DNA of 64,000 nucleotides, from positions 192,001 to 256,000 of the forward strand of contig CAWBEI010000004.1 of NCBI GenBank assembly GCA_963787835.1, given 5' to 3'. This document shows, in pieces, positions 19,351-29,848 of this stretch. The position numbers and the translations under genes are program-made. Under the pieces are notes generated by a model, which was not told the DNA's origin, ran no database searches, and was given only the letters and a program-made list of their open reading frames with translations. The stretch's first letter is position 1; the number at the start of each line of letters is the position of its first letter. The stretch is from Ignavibacteriota bacterium (GTDB lineage: Bacteria; Bacteroidota; Ignavibacteria; Palsa-1295).

Positions 19351-21201
19351 GTGAATTCCCCGAATAATCCCATAGATCCGAGTTTGCTTGGGGCGTTCTT
19401 CGAACGCACTGCCGGGCCGGGCAATAGCAGGGTCTATTTGCGGTATAAACCTGTGCATGCCGAGCCCTATCGGGACATGACCTTTGCAGAGTTCGGTGCA
19501 AAAGTTCGAGACACGTTCGATGGTTTTGCTCGGCTTGGTGTCGATCGAGGTGATAGGATAGCGATCGTATCTGAGTCCAGGCCGGAATGGCTCATCGCAG
19601 AGTTCGCAGCGATGGCCCTCGGCGCGATCTGGGTACCGATGTTCCCAACACTTACCGCGCAACAGATCGAGTACATCATTAATGATTGTGAAGCGAAAGT
19701 GCTCATCGTTTCGAACGATCTGCAATTGGGGAAGGCGATAAAACTGGTGAGTAATACGCCGTCGGTAAAAGCCGTGCTCCTTTTGAACAACAAGACCAGG
19801 CTTTCGCTGGCATCGAACCTTCCTCTGATCTTTTTCAAAGATATTTCAAATCGTACAGGTGATGTTCCGGATTTCGATGCCGAAGCTAAAAAGGCGAAAT
19901 CGAGCGACACGGTTGCGATCATCTACACCAGCGGAACGACTGGGAACCCGAAAGGCGTCATGCTTTCGCATGGGAACATTCTTGTGAATATCGAGGGTGC
20001 GCTTGCCGCGATCCCGACGTTGACCGAGGAGGATGTCGCGCTCTCGTTCCTGCCGCTCTGTCACGCGTTCGAGCATATCGCGATGCACTTCTTTTTCTAT
20101 CGTGGAATGACGGTCGCATTCGCGGAATCGACGGATACCGTTGCCGACAACCTCCTCGAAATTCGCCCGACGATGATGACGGGCGTGCCACGCTTTTACG
20201 AACGCATTCATGTTCGCATCATGCGCATGCGGGAAAAGCTTTCGCCAATGAAGCGAGCCATGTTTGATTGGTCGCTTCGGATCGGTACAAAAAATGGGCT
20301 TTCCCTCGAAGGAAATTCTGTCCCGCTTCTTGCGAAAGCGCTGCGTTCGGTTGCCGATCTATTGGTTCTTAAAAAGATACGAGATCGAACCGGCGGAAGA
20401 ATACGATTTTTTGTATCCGGAGCCGCTGCGCTGCCGGCCGAAGTTGGGCGGGCATTCGCTGCGTTTGGGCTTCTGATCATTGAAGGCTACGGCCTCACCG
20501 AGACTTCTCCTGTATTGAGTGTAAACCCTTACCATAAGCTAAAATGGGGGACTGTCGGTAAGCCGCTACACAATGTGGAGATCGAAATTGCGCCCGATGG
20601 CGAAATTCTGGCTCGGGGCCCAAATATTATGCAGGGTTACTACCGGCAGCCCGAAGCCACAGCGGAAATGATCGACGAGCAGGGATGGCTGCACACCGGG
20701 GACATCGGAACGATCGATTCGGAGGGCTATATCAAGATCACCGATCGCAAAAAGCATATTTTTGTATCGAGTGGCGGCAAGAATATTGCTCCGGCCCCGA
20801 TCGAATCTCTTCTCGGCGAATCGCGTTTCATTCACCAGATCATGCTTGTTGGGGATAAACGGCAATTCTGTACGGCACTTATCGTTCCAGATTACGATGC
20901 CTTGCAAGAAGCGGGTATCGCGCACGATAGAGGAATAGATGGTGAGAACGATCGTTCCAGTGCCGCCCTTGCTACGAGCGAACCCGTTCGTTCTGCGATC
21001 GCTGCGGAGTTGGATCGTTTGCAGTCCGGGATCGCAAGCTACGAGCGTGTTCGAAGGTTTATGCTTTTGCCAGAACAGTTTACGATCGAGAACGGCATGA
21101 TGACGCCAACGCTGAAGATCCGGCGTAAGGCCGTGGAAGACCGTTATCGTGAACTCATCGATTCCATGTATCAGATCCGGCCAACGACCGAATCAAGTTG
21201 A
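19351..21201 (+). CDS. Long-chain fatty acid-CoA ligase
   Basis: YTSGTTGNPKG, EGYGLTET, WLHTGDIG and TPTLK motifs. Confidence 0.93.
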   Translation: MNSPNNPIDPSLLGAFFERTAGPGNSRVYLRYKPVHAEPYRDMTFAEFGAKVRDTFDGFARLGVDRGDRIAIVSESRPEWLIAEFAAMALGAIWVPMFPTLTAQQIEYIINDCEAKVLIVSNDLQLGKAIKLVSNTPSVKAVLLLNNKTRLSLASNLPLIFFKDISNRTGDVPDFDAEAKKAKSSDTVAIIYTSGTTGNPKGVMLSHGNILVNIEGALAAIPTLTEEDVALSFLPLCHAFEHIAMHFFFYRGMTVAFAESTDTVADNLLEIRPTMMTGVPRFYERIHVRIMRMREKLSPMKRAMFDWSLRIGTKNGLSLEGNSVPLLAKALRSVADLLVLKKIRDRTGGRIRFFVSGAAALPAEVGRAFAAFGLLIIEGYGLTETSPVLSVNPYHKLKWGTVGKPLHNVEIEIAPDGEILARGPNIMQGYYRQPEATAEMIDEQGWLHTGDIGTIDSEGYIKITDRKKHIFVSSGGKNIAPAPIESLLGESRFIHQIMLVGDKRQFCTALIVPDYDALQEAGIAHDRGIDGENDRSSAALATSEPVRSAIAAELDRLQSGIASYERVRRFMLLPEQFTIENGMMTPTLKIRRKAVEDRYRELIDSMYQIRPTTESS

Positions 21202-21218
21202 TTTTTTAATAAGCTCCC

Positions 21219-23282
21219 ATGAAAAGAACGATTCTCATTTGTTTTCTCCTTCTTTCTTCTTCTGCGATCCATGTTGTGCGTTCCCAGCCGAGTCCGGCGG
21301 CTTATACCGTGCAGGCATGGGCTACGGTTCAGGAGAATCCGCCGGTGATCACGCTCCATTGGAAGCACGATCCGCTCGCTCAACAGTATGAAGTGTTCGA
21401 GCGGAATCTTGGAGATTTTTATAATTGGTCCGATCTGGGGCCGGTTGCCGCAACCGATTCCGTGTTCGCGGATAGTTCCGAAAACGCTGGAGTCACCTTG
21501 GAATACGAAATTGTAGATTCCGCGAAATCCGATTCCGTTTATGCGGCCTTTGGATTTGTTGCAACGGGGATTGATGTACAGCTTCCGGTCACTCCGGGTA
21601 AAGTGATACTGCTGGTCGATAACACGTATAGCACTCCGCTTGCAAGCGAAATTTCCCGTTTAATAGCGGATCTTCAGGCCGAAGGCTGGGGGGTTATCCG
21701 CCACGATGTCAACCGGACGGATGCTGTTCCTTCTGTGAAAGCACTGGTCAAGCAAGATTACCTTGCGGATTCTGCCCATGTTCGTACGCTCTTTATTTTG
21801 GGGCATGTACCGGTGCCTTATTCGGGCGATATTGCCCCAGATGGACATACGCCCGGCAATGGGAACCATCAGGGAGCGTGGCCTGCCGATATTTATTATG
21901 GAAATTTCTATACCAAATGGACGGACACGAAAGTAAACGATACAACAGCGGGGGATCCTCGAAATAAGAATGTGCCGGGAGACGGAAAATTCGATCAAGA
22001 CTCGATCAGCGCCAGCGTTGCTCCCGAAGAGCTTGAAGTCGGACGTGTGGACTTATTCAACATGCCGAGCTTTGCGCTATCCGACACGGCATTGATACAG
22101 CAATATCTCGACCGCGATCATGCCTTCCGAACGGGAGCTTTTCAGGCTCCACAGCGCGCTTTGATCGACGATAACTTCGGGATCATCCAAAATGAATACG
22201 ATGTACCGGGTAGCAATGGATGGCGCAATCTACCTCCGCTTGTGGGAGCCGATAATGTATTCAATAGTCCGGGTACCTGGTTCGGGACTCTGGATACTGC
22301 AGCATACTTGTGGGCGTATGGATGCGGCGGAGGGTGGTTTCAGGGTGCCAGTGGCGTTGGGAATACCGGGAATTTTGCAACGGAGGGATCGAAAGCCATC
22401 TTTAACATGATGTTCGGAAGTTTTTTTGGCGATTGGGATGAGAATGACAATTTTTTGCGTGCGCCGCTTGCCACCTCGTATGGACTTACCAATTGCTGGG
22501 CCGGACGCCCCTATTGGTACTTTCATCCGCTCGGGATGGGCGAAACGTTTGGGTACTGCGCAAAACTGACGCAAAATGTTGTAAACTCCCCGCTCTACAT
22601 CACCAACGATCGGAAGCACCTGATCTTTCTTAGCGATTATATCTGGAGCCTTTCGATGTCGGGTGTTCATGTCGCGCTCATGGGTGACCCAACGCTGCGC
22701 ATGCAATATCTTTCCGCTCCGCCATCGGCGCTTTCTGCAAGTTTAGGAACGAATACGGTGAAGCTTCAATGGAATGCTCCGGAACTTAGTGTCCCCGGAT
22801 ACAACATCTATCGTGCCGATAAGTCCGGTGACACACTCCTGCAAATTAATACCTCGCTCGTGACCACTACGACCTTCACGGATAATGCACCGCTAAACGA
22901 CAGCAATATCTATGTGGTACGTGCGGCCCAGCTCACTACTACGCCAAGTGGGTCCTGGTGGAACGAAAGTGGAGGAGTAACGCTGGGAGTGAAGATCGCG
23001 CTCGAAGGAGTTCCCGAAGCTCCCGTTGCACAGAACACACTTACTGTTCAACAGAACGCAGCATTTCTCGACATTCGCGTAGCAGAGCAAAACACTTCCT
23101 CGATGCGGCTCTCTATTGTGGACATTGCCGGAAGGGAAATAGCGGTTCTTGCCGATGGATCGTTCTCGCCGGGAGTGTATAATTATCACTATGGGACGGC
23201 GTCGCTTGCGTCGGCAGCATATTTCGTAAGGATGGTAAGCCCCGATGGAGTGCAGAGCGCGAAGGTTGCGCTTATTCGGTAA
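21219..23282 (+). CDS. T9SS-secreted protein with peptidase C25 (gingipain)-like core and Fn3 domains
   Basis: Signal peptide, LFILGHVPVP, EVGRVD, LMGDPTLR, Fn3 LQWNAP..GYNIYR, and CTD DIAGREIA..YFVR. Confidence 0.7.
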   Translation: MKRTILICFLLLSSSAIHVVRSQPSPAAYTVQAWATVQENPPVITLHWKHDPLAQQYEVFERNLGDFYNWSDLGPVAATDSVFADSSENAGVTLEYEIVDSAKSDSVYAAFGFVATGIDVQLPVTPGKVILLVDNTYSTPLASEISRLIADLQAEGWGVIRHDVNRTDAVPSVKALVKQDYLADSAHVRTLFILGHVPVPYSGDIAPDGHTPGNGNHQGAWPADIYYGNFYTKWTDTKVNDTTAGDPRNKNVPGDGKFDQDSISASVAPEELEVGRVDLFNMPSFALSDTALIQQYLDRDHAFRTGAFQAPQRALIDDNFGIIQNEYDVPGSNGWRNLPPLVGADNVFNSPGTWFGTLDTAAYLWAYGCGGGWFQGASGVGNTGNFATEGSKAIFNMMFGSFFGDWDENDNFLRAPLATSYGLTNCWAGRPYWYFHPLGMGETFGYCAKLTQNVVNSPLYITNDRKHLIFLSDYIWSLSMSGVHVALMGDPTLRMQYLSAPPSALSASLGTNTVKLQWNAPELSVPGYNIYRADKSGDTLLQINTSLVTTTTFTDNAPLNDSNIYVVRAAQLTTTPSGSWWNESGGVTLGVKIALEGVPEAPVAQNTLTVQQNAAFLDIRVAEQNTSSMRLSIVDIAGREIAVLADGSFSPGVYNYHYGTASLASAAYFVRMVSPDGVQSAKVALIR

Positions 23283-23285
23283 CTG

Positions 23286-24287
23286 CTACATCCAACGCGT
23301 CAGCCACGGGCCGGTGACGTGTGCATCTTCTTCGCTTACGGGTCGTTCCCGTTCGGCGAGTACATCATGCAGACCGACCTGCCTGCTGCGTGCGCCCCAT
23401 TCTGCCCAATTCGGTGTGTAATTCGCATCGCGGGCCGTTCGCATCAGAATGGGTTCTTTGATTCCTTCCATGCCACTGACTTCGCCGGGACGCTGCCAGC
23501 GCAGGTCGATCGACCAGCGAATGATATCGGAATAATTCTCCGTCGAGCGATGAGGAACGAGATTATTTAGCAGCAGCACCGACCCTTTGTTCATCGTGCA
23601 TGTAACTATTTCGCCTTCCGGCAGATCCTGCTCGTCGATATAAAGATACCACGAGTCCTTGCGGCCACGAGTGTTTTCGAGTTTGTGCCTGTAAACTACT
23701 CCCCCTCCTATGGAGCGGAGCGGAATAGGAGGGGGAAGCGCATGACCGATCATGCGCTGGGGGGTGGTTCCCCTATTCACGCGGATAACCTGCATACATC
23801 CATTCACCTCATTCGCATCGACAAGTGGTATCCAAGCGGTGGGCTGGAACGTATGTTGCGAACCAGCCGCGAGATACGCCGTATCCTGATGCCATGGAAC
23901 CGTCGCAAGCGGATTATGCGGCGTTTTCGAGCGTAAATTCCACACCGGATGCCCCGCGATCTCCGGCCCAAGAATTTGCTCGATGATGTCCAGCAATTTT
24001 TTGCTCGACCAAATATCGGAGAATGCTTTTGGCAGGATTCCTCCGGTGTGGATCAGCGTAGCAGCACCGGGGAATGCCTGCTCCAGTTTTGTGAGGCGTG
24101 TTAGAAATCCCTCGTTCTCGAATTTATCGTTTATCTTTTCACTCGCACACAACCGTTCTGCCAGGGCATCAACTTTCTCGTTGATTGCGTCTATTACCGG
24201 CTGAAGTTCCGCATCCGAAAAGAGATCGCGCACAATGAGGAAACCATCGGTGCGGTATTGTTGAAGTTGTGCAGAAGAGAGGCTCAT
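23286..24287 (-). CDS. Phytanoyl-CoA dioxygenase (PhyH) family Fe/2OG oxygenase with an in-frame palindromic insert
   Basis: Y..DGFL, WHQD, W.PL.DA...NGCM, HRS and RWSIDLR motifs; about 24 extra residues encoded at 23699-23770. Confidence 0.85.
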   Translation of the reverse strand: MSLSSAQLQQYRTDGFLIVRDLFSDAELQPVIDAINEKVDALAERLCASEKINDKFENEGFLTRLTKLEQAFPGAATLIHTGGILPKAFSDIWSSKKLLDIIEQILGPEIAGHPVWNLRSKTPHNPLATVPWHQDTAYLAAGSQHTFQPTAWIPLVDANEVNGCMQVIRVNRGTTPQRMIGHALPPPIPLRSIGGGVVYRHKLENTRGRKDSWYLYIDEQDLPEGEIVTCTMNKGSVLLLNNLVPHRSTENYSDIIRWSIDLRWQRPGEVSGMEGIKEPILMRTARDANYTPNWAEWGARSRQVGLHDVLAERERPVSEEDAHVTGPWLTRWM

Positions 24288-24296
24288 ATTAATTCG

Positions 24297-24989
24297 CTAC
24301 TTCGGCAAATAATTAATTAGATCCACCTCTGATTGTGGACTCACAACGCCATCCGTCGTTCCATTATTAACAACCTTCACATAGATGCCGAGCGCTGGTG
24401 CAAACCACGTATCTGTGACAGCAGTATCGCTCGCATTACAACCAAGAGTGCTATCATTTCCGATGATGTTAATGGAAGTCTCGCGTACGTGCAGTGTCGC
24501 CAATGGCCCGGCAGCCGTGATGATATTTTCAGCGCCGACAAAGGTACGCACATCCGACCGGAAGATCGGAATGCCTGCCTCGATGGTATCGACCAATGGG
24601 TTAGCAATGGGCTTCTGGCTTCCGGTTGGGAAGGTGGTCCATTCATACGTAAAGCCGCCGGCATCATTCGGGGTGGAGTCGCCATAGGAAAGGTCTCCAT
24701 TGGTCTCGATATTATAGAAGAAGGTACCGGCCGATCCGGTTCTATCGAGACAGCCGATCACGCCCGTTTTGCCACCGAGGTGCTGGCCCGTTTGGAGAAT
24801 GCTCAGTGTATCGAAAATTGACTTAGGAAAGCCTTGCGTTGTGGACTGAAACACATACTCCGTTCCAACCGCAGGAATGATCCAATTAACGGAGTTTCCG
24901 CCACCGATATTCTGCGACGTATCGGAGCTTTGGCTGCAGGAAGCAAGGACACTCGCGAGCAGGAAACAAGGGATCCAGAGGTTTTTCAT
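24297..24989 (-). CDS. Hypothetical lipoprotein
   Basis: Lipobox LASC; I.TAAG...T and WFAPALGIYVK motifs of small beta-rich lipoproteins. Confidence 0.65.
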   Translation of the reverse strand: MKNLWIPCFLLASVLASCSQSSDTSQNIGGGNSVNWIIPAVGTEYVFQSTTQGFPKSIFDTLSILQTGQHLGGKTGVIGCLDRTGSAGTFFYNIETNGDLSYGDSTPNDAGGFTYEWTTFPTGSQKPIANPLVDTIEAGIPIFRSDVRTFVGAENIITAAGPLATLHVRETSINIIGNDSTLGCNASDTAVTDTWFAPALGIYVKVVNNGTTDGVVSPQSEVDLINYLPK

Positions 24990-25126
24990 GGTATTTTTAT
25001 GGATGATGTGGAAAATAAAGGAGTTGTGGTGAACTTTAGTTCGTTGTTAAAAGGACTGTTCCTTGCCGAACCAGCATGGGTGCGGTATGGTTAGATTTGG
25101 CAACATACATTTCGCCAATATCCGCA

Positions 25127-27010
25127 ATGACCATCCGCCGCACACTGCTCGCAGTAAGTTTAGTACTCTGTTTCACTTCCATTGGCTTTGCTAATGCGAA
25201 GATGCAATTTACCGTCGATCTTCGTGATACCCGGACGCACATGGTGCATGTAACGCTGGTGACAACCGGATTCCACGCCCGAACCGCCGTGTATCAAATG
25301 CCGATCTGGGCCCCGGGGGCGTATAGCGTCTCTCATTATGGGAAGTATGTTCAAAATTTCAAGGCGTACAATAAGTACCGTCATACCCTGACCGTCAATC
25401 AATTGAATGACGACCGGTGGGAGATCGCCAGCGGGCAATCCGTCCAGAGGATAGAGTATGATGTGATGGATTCGCATCTCGATACGACCAGCCTTTATTT
25501 CGCGATGGCCAATATGGATACCTCGCTGTTCTTCGCCAACGGAACCGCGCTCTTTGGATATTACGATGACGATAAAAAAGCGGGCGTCCAGGTGATCTAT
25601 CAGTTTCCTTCGGATTGGAAGCTCGTTTGTGCGCTGCCTCCAACCGGCGGATACACTAAAGACACCAATGCGACCTTCAAGAATACAACATTCGTCGCTA
25701 AAGATTACGATGAACTCGCCGATGCTCCCGTCCTTGCCTCCGCAGAATCCAAGGACGCTGCACATCTGGATCACATGGTCACGAAGAGTTTCTTAGAGGG
25801 TAACGTCGTCTATGATGTTGCATTGGTAACCGATGGCAGTTGGTCGGATGCGAAAATGGATTCGTTATCCGAAAACCTTCGCAAGATCGTTCATGCAGAA
25901 ACGGATTTCTTTCACGATACTCCCTACAAGCATTATACCTTCGAGATCGTGGCACCGACAGTCTCGCACATGCCTGGTTTTGCGCAGGGCGCATTGGAAC
26001 ATGCCAATTCAAGCGATTATCTGCTTATGGATCTCGGATGGTCCATGTTCAAGGGCTATTTCCTGAGCACATTTTCGCATGAGTTCTTTCATTTATGGAA
26101 TGTCAAGCGCATTCATTCCAACTTGCTTGGACCTTTCGATTACACCAAACGAGTGATGACGACCAGCCTCTGGATGGCCGAAGGCATCACGGAATACTAC
26201 GCACACACACTCCTTTCGCGATATGGTATTATTAGCCCGAAACGGTTTTATGCTGATATCGAGCAATGGCGGCAGGAGATGGCAATGGCTCCTGCGTCGG
26301 CTACGGTGAAATCAATGGAAGAGCTTTCGATCGATGAAAGTACGTTCGAAATGGATGAAGCCACGTTATTCTATTCGCGTGGCCCGCTCATTGCATTGAT
26401 GCTGGATATTGAGATCCGCACAAGAACCAACAATAAAAAATCCCTTGACGATGTGATGTTCGCTCTCAACAACGATGCAAAGCATGGCAAGACGTTCCCC
26501 GAAGAGGACTTGATGCACAAGGTCGAACAATATGCCGGGATCGATCTCACGGAGTTCTATAATAAGTATATTCATGGCACCGATTCGCTGCCGATCGATG
26601 AGTATTTGGCTAAGATGGGATACACGGGAAATTCTAAACAGCAAACCAATCAACCAAAATCTCAGGAAACACTCGCACCGTATAACGATAGTACTTATGT
26701 CGTCGAGCTTCTTGATACGACAAGTGCGCTCGCTGCCGCAGGTGTAAAACAAGGTGATCTTATAGAAAAGATCAATGGCAATCGAATTTCAAGCACGAAT
26801 ATCATGGAACTCTACATATCAGAGGATGATATGCACTTGACGCTTGACCGAAAAGGCCAACAGATCGAAGCAATTGTAAAGTCGAGCATAAAAGCTGCTG
26901 AGTCTATCTCTCCTGGCCCACCAGTATATTCTTCTCAAGGTTCAAAAAATATTGATTCGAATGCCACACCGCTTGCAGCGGCCATCCGAAAAGGGATTGT
27001 CGGGCAATAA
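25127..27010 (+). CDS. M61 family glycyl aminopeptidase with PDZ domain
   Basis: P.WAPGAY, GALEH..S, HEFFH.WNVKR, LWMAEGITEYY and a C-terminal PDZ (AGVKQGD.I.KING). Confidence 0.92.
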   Translation: MTIRRTLLAVSLVLCFTSIGFANAKMQFTVDLRDTRTHMVHVTLVTTGFHARTAVYQMPIWAPGAYSVSHYGKYVQNFKAYNKYRHTLTVNQLNDDRWEIASGQSVQRIEYDVMDSHLDTTSLYFAMANMDTSLFFANGTALFGYYDDDKKAGVQVIYQFPSDWKLVCALPPTGGYTKDTNATFKNTTFVAKDYDELADAPVLASAESKDAAHLDHMVTKSFLEGNVVYDVALVTDGSWSDAKMDSLSENLRKIVHAETDFFHDTPYKHYTFEIVAPTVSHMPGFAQGALEHANSSDYLLMDLGWSMFKGYFLSTFSHEFFHLWNVKRIHSNLLGPFDYTKRVMTTSLWMAEGITEYYAHTLLSRYGIISPKRFYADIEQWRQEMAMAPASATVKSMEELSIDESTFEMDEATLFYSRGPLIALMLDIEIRTRTNNKKSLDDVMFALNNDAKHGKTFPEEDLMHKVEQYAGIDLTEFYNKYIHGTDSLPIDEYLAKMGYTGNSKQQTNQPKSQETLAPYNDSTYVVELLDTTSALAAAGVKQGDLIEKINGNRISSTNIMELYISEDDMHLTLDRKGQQIEAIVKSSIKAAESISPGPPVYSSQGSKNIDSNATPLAAAIRKGIVGQ

Positions 27011-27012
27011 CG

Positions 27013-27047
27013 ACCCCTCACCTAATCTCTCCACGAAGGGGGAGAGG
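27013..27047 (+). repeat. ACCCCTCACC..CTCTCC..GGAGAGG palindromic element, possibly acting as a terminator
   Basis: Hairpin beginning 3 nt after the M61 stop; same general type as the PhyH insert. Confidence 0.55.
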
Positions 27048-27121
27048 AATAAGAAAAAAAACTCTGCCGGGGCAGCGGCTTTGCGGGGGATTTTGTCACA
27101 GAACATCAATGTTATGCTGTC

Positions 27122-28075
27122 GTGACTATAGAATACGTTCGAGAATTATACCATACACCGTTCCTCAAACTCATCGCACAGGCGAGCCGGGTACATGAGG
27201 CGAATAATACCTACGATGACATTCAGCGCTGCACGCTGCTCTCGGTGAAGACCGGAGGCTGTCCAGAGGACTGCGCGTATTGCCCGCAAGCCGCTCGCTA
27301 TCATACCGGCGTCAAAGCAGAAAAGCTGATGCGCACTCCGGAAGTGCTTGAAGCCGCTCGCAACGCAAAAGCAAATGGCGCAACCCGATTTTGCATGGGT
27401 GCGGCCTGGCGCGAAGTGCGCGATGGCCGGGATTTCGAGGAAGTCCTCGAAATGGTGAAGGGCGTGACCGATCTTGGGCTTGAAGCGTGTGCTACGCTCG
27501 GTATGCTCAACGAATCCCAAGCGCAGCGTTTGAAAGAAGCTGGACTTTACGCTTACAATCACAATCTCGATACGTCCCGTAATTTTTATTCCGAGATCAT
27601 CCATACGCGCGATTATGACGATCGTTTAGGAACCATCCAGAATGTCCGCGATGCCGGTATTACTGTTTGTTGCGGTGGTATCGTTGGCATGGGCGAGACC
27701 GATGAAGATCGCATTCAATTCCTGCTCACGCTTGCTTCACTAAGTCCGCAGCCAGAAAGCGTTCCAATTAATGCGTTGGTCGCAGTTCCCGGCACGCCGC
27801 TTGGTGAGCAGAAGCCGATCGATTCCTTCTCGTTCATTCGCACTATCGCGTGCGCGCGTATCCTTATGCCGAAAGCGAAAGTGCGTTTAAGTGCTGGAAG
27901 GATGAGCCTTTCCGATGAGGCTCAAACGCTTGCGTTCCTTGCCGGAGCGAATTCCATCTTTTTGGGTGATAAACTTCTCACCACTCCAAATCCAGAACCG
28001 GACGCGGATTATCGTCTCTTCAAAAAACTCGGCCTGGAAACTTCCGCCATGACTTCCGTCGAGCACAGTGCGTGA
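27122..28075 (+). CDS. bioB: Biotin synthase
   Basis: CPEDCAYC radical SAM motif, [14 protein letters not shown] and AGANSIF. Confidence 0.97.
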   Translation: MTIEYVRELYHTPFLKLIAQASRVHEANNTYDDIQRCTLLSVKTGGCPEDCAYCPQAARYHTGVKAEKLMRTPEVLEAARNAKANGATRFCMGAAWREVRDGRDFEEVLEMVKGVTDLGLEACATLGMLNESQAQRLKEAGLYAYNHNLDTSRNFYSEIIHTRDYDDRLGTIQNVRDAGITVCCGGIVGMGETDEDRIQFLLTLASLSPQPESVPINALVAVPGTPLGEQKPIDSFSFIRTIACARILMPKAKVRLSAGRMSLSDEAQTLAFLAGANSIFLGDKLLTTPNPEPDADYRLFKKLGLETSAMTSVEHSA

Positions 28076-29225
28076 AAACTGGCTTCTGAAGTTAGAACAC
28101 GAGTTAAGCGGTCTAAAAGAGAAAGGCCGTTATCGCTCTCTTCGAACGTATAGTGGAATTGATTTCGGCTCGAACGATTATCTTGGCTTTGCAACCAATA
28201 CAAAGTTAAGATTAGAAGCTGTAGAGGCATTCAAAAATCTTGCTCTTTCGTCATCAAGTTCGCGGCTTCTGCCAGGACATCACTCAGAGCACCTCGAAGC
28301 CGAAAAAGTTTTTGCAGATTTCGTAGGTGCCGAATCTGCGTTGCTTTTTAATTCCGGTTACGATGCGAATCATGCGTTGCTAACGACGCTCCCATCCCGC
28401 CACGATCTCATTCTTTACGATGAACGTTCCCACGCCAGCATTTACGATGGCGTTCATTCCTCGCTTGCGAAGAGCCAACGCTTCGCGCATAATTCTGCCG
28501 AGGATTTAGCTCTCCAGCTAAAACGCGTAGGTCAGCGCGTACAGCCGGCCCAAATATTCATTGTGCTCGAAAGCGTGTATTCCATGGATGGCGATGTAGC
28601 TAATCTCCATGAAATTGTTGAGGTTGCGAATGAATTCGGGGCTATCATTATTGTCGATGAAGCACATGCGACCGGTGTGCTCGGTAAGCGGGGCGAAGGA
28701 CTTGTAAAAGATACTATTGAGAGATACGATAACATCATTACAATTCACACCTGCGGCAAAGCGATTGGTGCGGCGGGAGCTTTCGTTTGCGGCAGCAAAA
28801 CGATTACAGAATATCTCATTAATAAGGCGCGTGGATTTATTTATACGACTGCCTTACCGCCGATCGTCCCGTTACAAATAATCAGCGCCATTAAGCGTCT
28901 TGAGTCCGAAGGTTCCGAACTAATAAAGTCCCTTCGGGAAAGATCAGATTATGTGCGAGCAGAATTGCGACGATCCTTGACAAAATGGTCAGTTCCTGAT
29001 GGCATCACGCCAATTATTTCGATCATCATAGGCAAAGACGAGGATGCCATTAACGCGGCTGGAGCTTTAGCCGATGCTGGGTTTGATGTGCCCGCTATTC
29101 GTCCGCCAACAGTTCCGGAAGGCACGGCCAGACTGCGCTTGAATGTTAGCCTGCGGCATTCAGAACAAGATTTGCGAAATGTGATCGGAGCAATTGTGCG
29201 AGCCGAAGGAGAAATAGTGAAATGA
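28068..29225 (+). CDS. bioF: 8-amino-7-oxononanoate synthase
   Basis: SNDYLG, SMDGD, VDEAHA, TCGKA and IRPPTVP motifs. Confidence 0.93.
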   Translation: MRENWLLKLEHELSGLKEKGRYRSLRTYSGIDFGSNDYLGFATNTKLRLEAVEAFKNLALSSSSSRLLPGHHSEHLEAEKVFADFVGAESALLFNSGYDANHALLTTLPSRHDLILYDERSHASIYDGVHSSLAKSQRFAHNSAEDLALQLKRVGQRVQPAQIFIVLESVYSMDGDVANLHEIVEVANEFGAIIIVDEAHATGVLGKRGEGLVKDTIERYDNIITIHTCGKAIGAAGAFVCGSKTITEYLINKARGFIYTTALPPIVPLQIISAIKRLESEGSELIKSLRERSDYVRAELRRSLTKWSVPDGITPIISIIIGKDEDAINAAGALADAGFDVPAIRPPTVPEGTARLRLNVSLRHSEQDLRNVIGAIVRAEGEIVK

Positions 29226-29848
29226 AGAGCATTATTATTTCCGGGACGGATACGGGAGTGGGAAAGACCATGCTTTCCTCATTGCTCATGGCATCGTTGC
29301 CGGAATACGTGTATTGGAAGCCAGTTCAATCTGGGACTGTTGATGGAACAGATAGCCAGACCGTCCTTTCTCTTTCAGAATGTTCTCCGGAACGAATCTT
29401 GCCAGAGGCCTACGTCTTCTCACAGCCGTTTTCTCCCCATCTTGCTTCACGGCTCGATGGAACAGTGGTAGATCCTACCAGGCTTTCATTGCCGAGATCG
29501 TCAGATCTGATAATCGAAGGGGCCGGCGGACTCCTGGTCCCGCTCACGGATGATCTACTTTTTATTGACCAATTCAAAACGTGGAACGTGCCAGTTCTGC
29601 TGGCATGCCGTTCTATACTTGGAACGATAAATCATACCTTGCTTTCCATTGAAGCATTACGCAGTCGAGACATTCCACTTCTCGGATGCATTCTCATTGG
29701 CGAACCCAATCCCGAGAATGAAAAAGCGATCGAGCGCTTCAGCAATGCAAAGATTATTGGACGAATTCCACCGATCACCTCCTTCTCGGCAGAATCACTG
29801 CGAAGCACATTCAATCAACATTTAATTTTTCTTAAATCCCTCCTGTGA
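29222..29848 (+). CDS. bioD: Dethiobiotin synthase
   Basis: GTDTGVGKT, KPVQSG, IEGAGG and LGTINHT motifs. Confidence 0.96.
   Translation: MKSIIISGTDTGVGKTMLSSLLMASLPEYVYWKPVQSGTVDGTDSQTVLSLSECSPERILPEAYVFSQPFSPHLASRLDGTVVDPTRLSLPRSSDLIIEGAGGLLVPLTDDLLFIDQFKTWNVPVLLACRSILGTINHTLLSIEALRSRDIPLLGCILIGEPNPENEKAIERFSNAKIIGRIPPITSFSAESLRSTFNQHLIFLKSLL

Noticed and set aside
27050-27121. BirA operator upstream of bioB
   Set aside because: No TGTAAACC-N14/16-GGTTTACA-like palindrome is visible.
28525-28552. GTAGGTCAGCGCG.. in bioF as another coding REP
   Set aside because: There is no good stem and the loop length looks normal; too degenerate to support.
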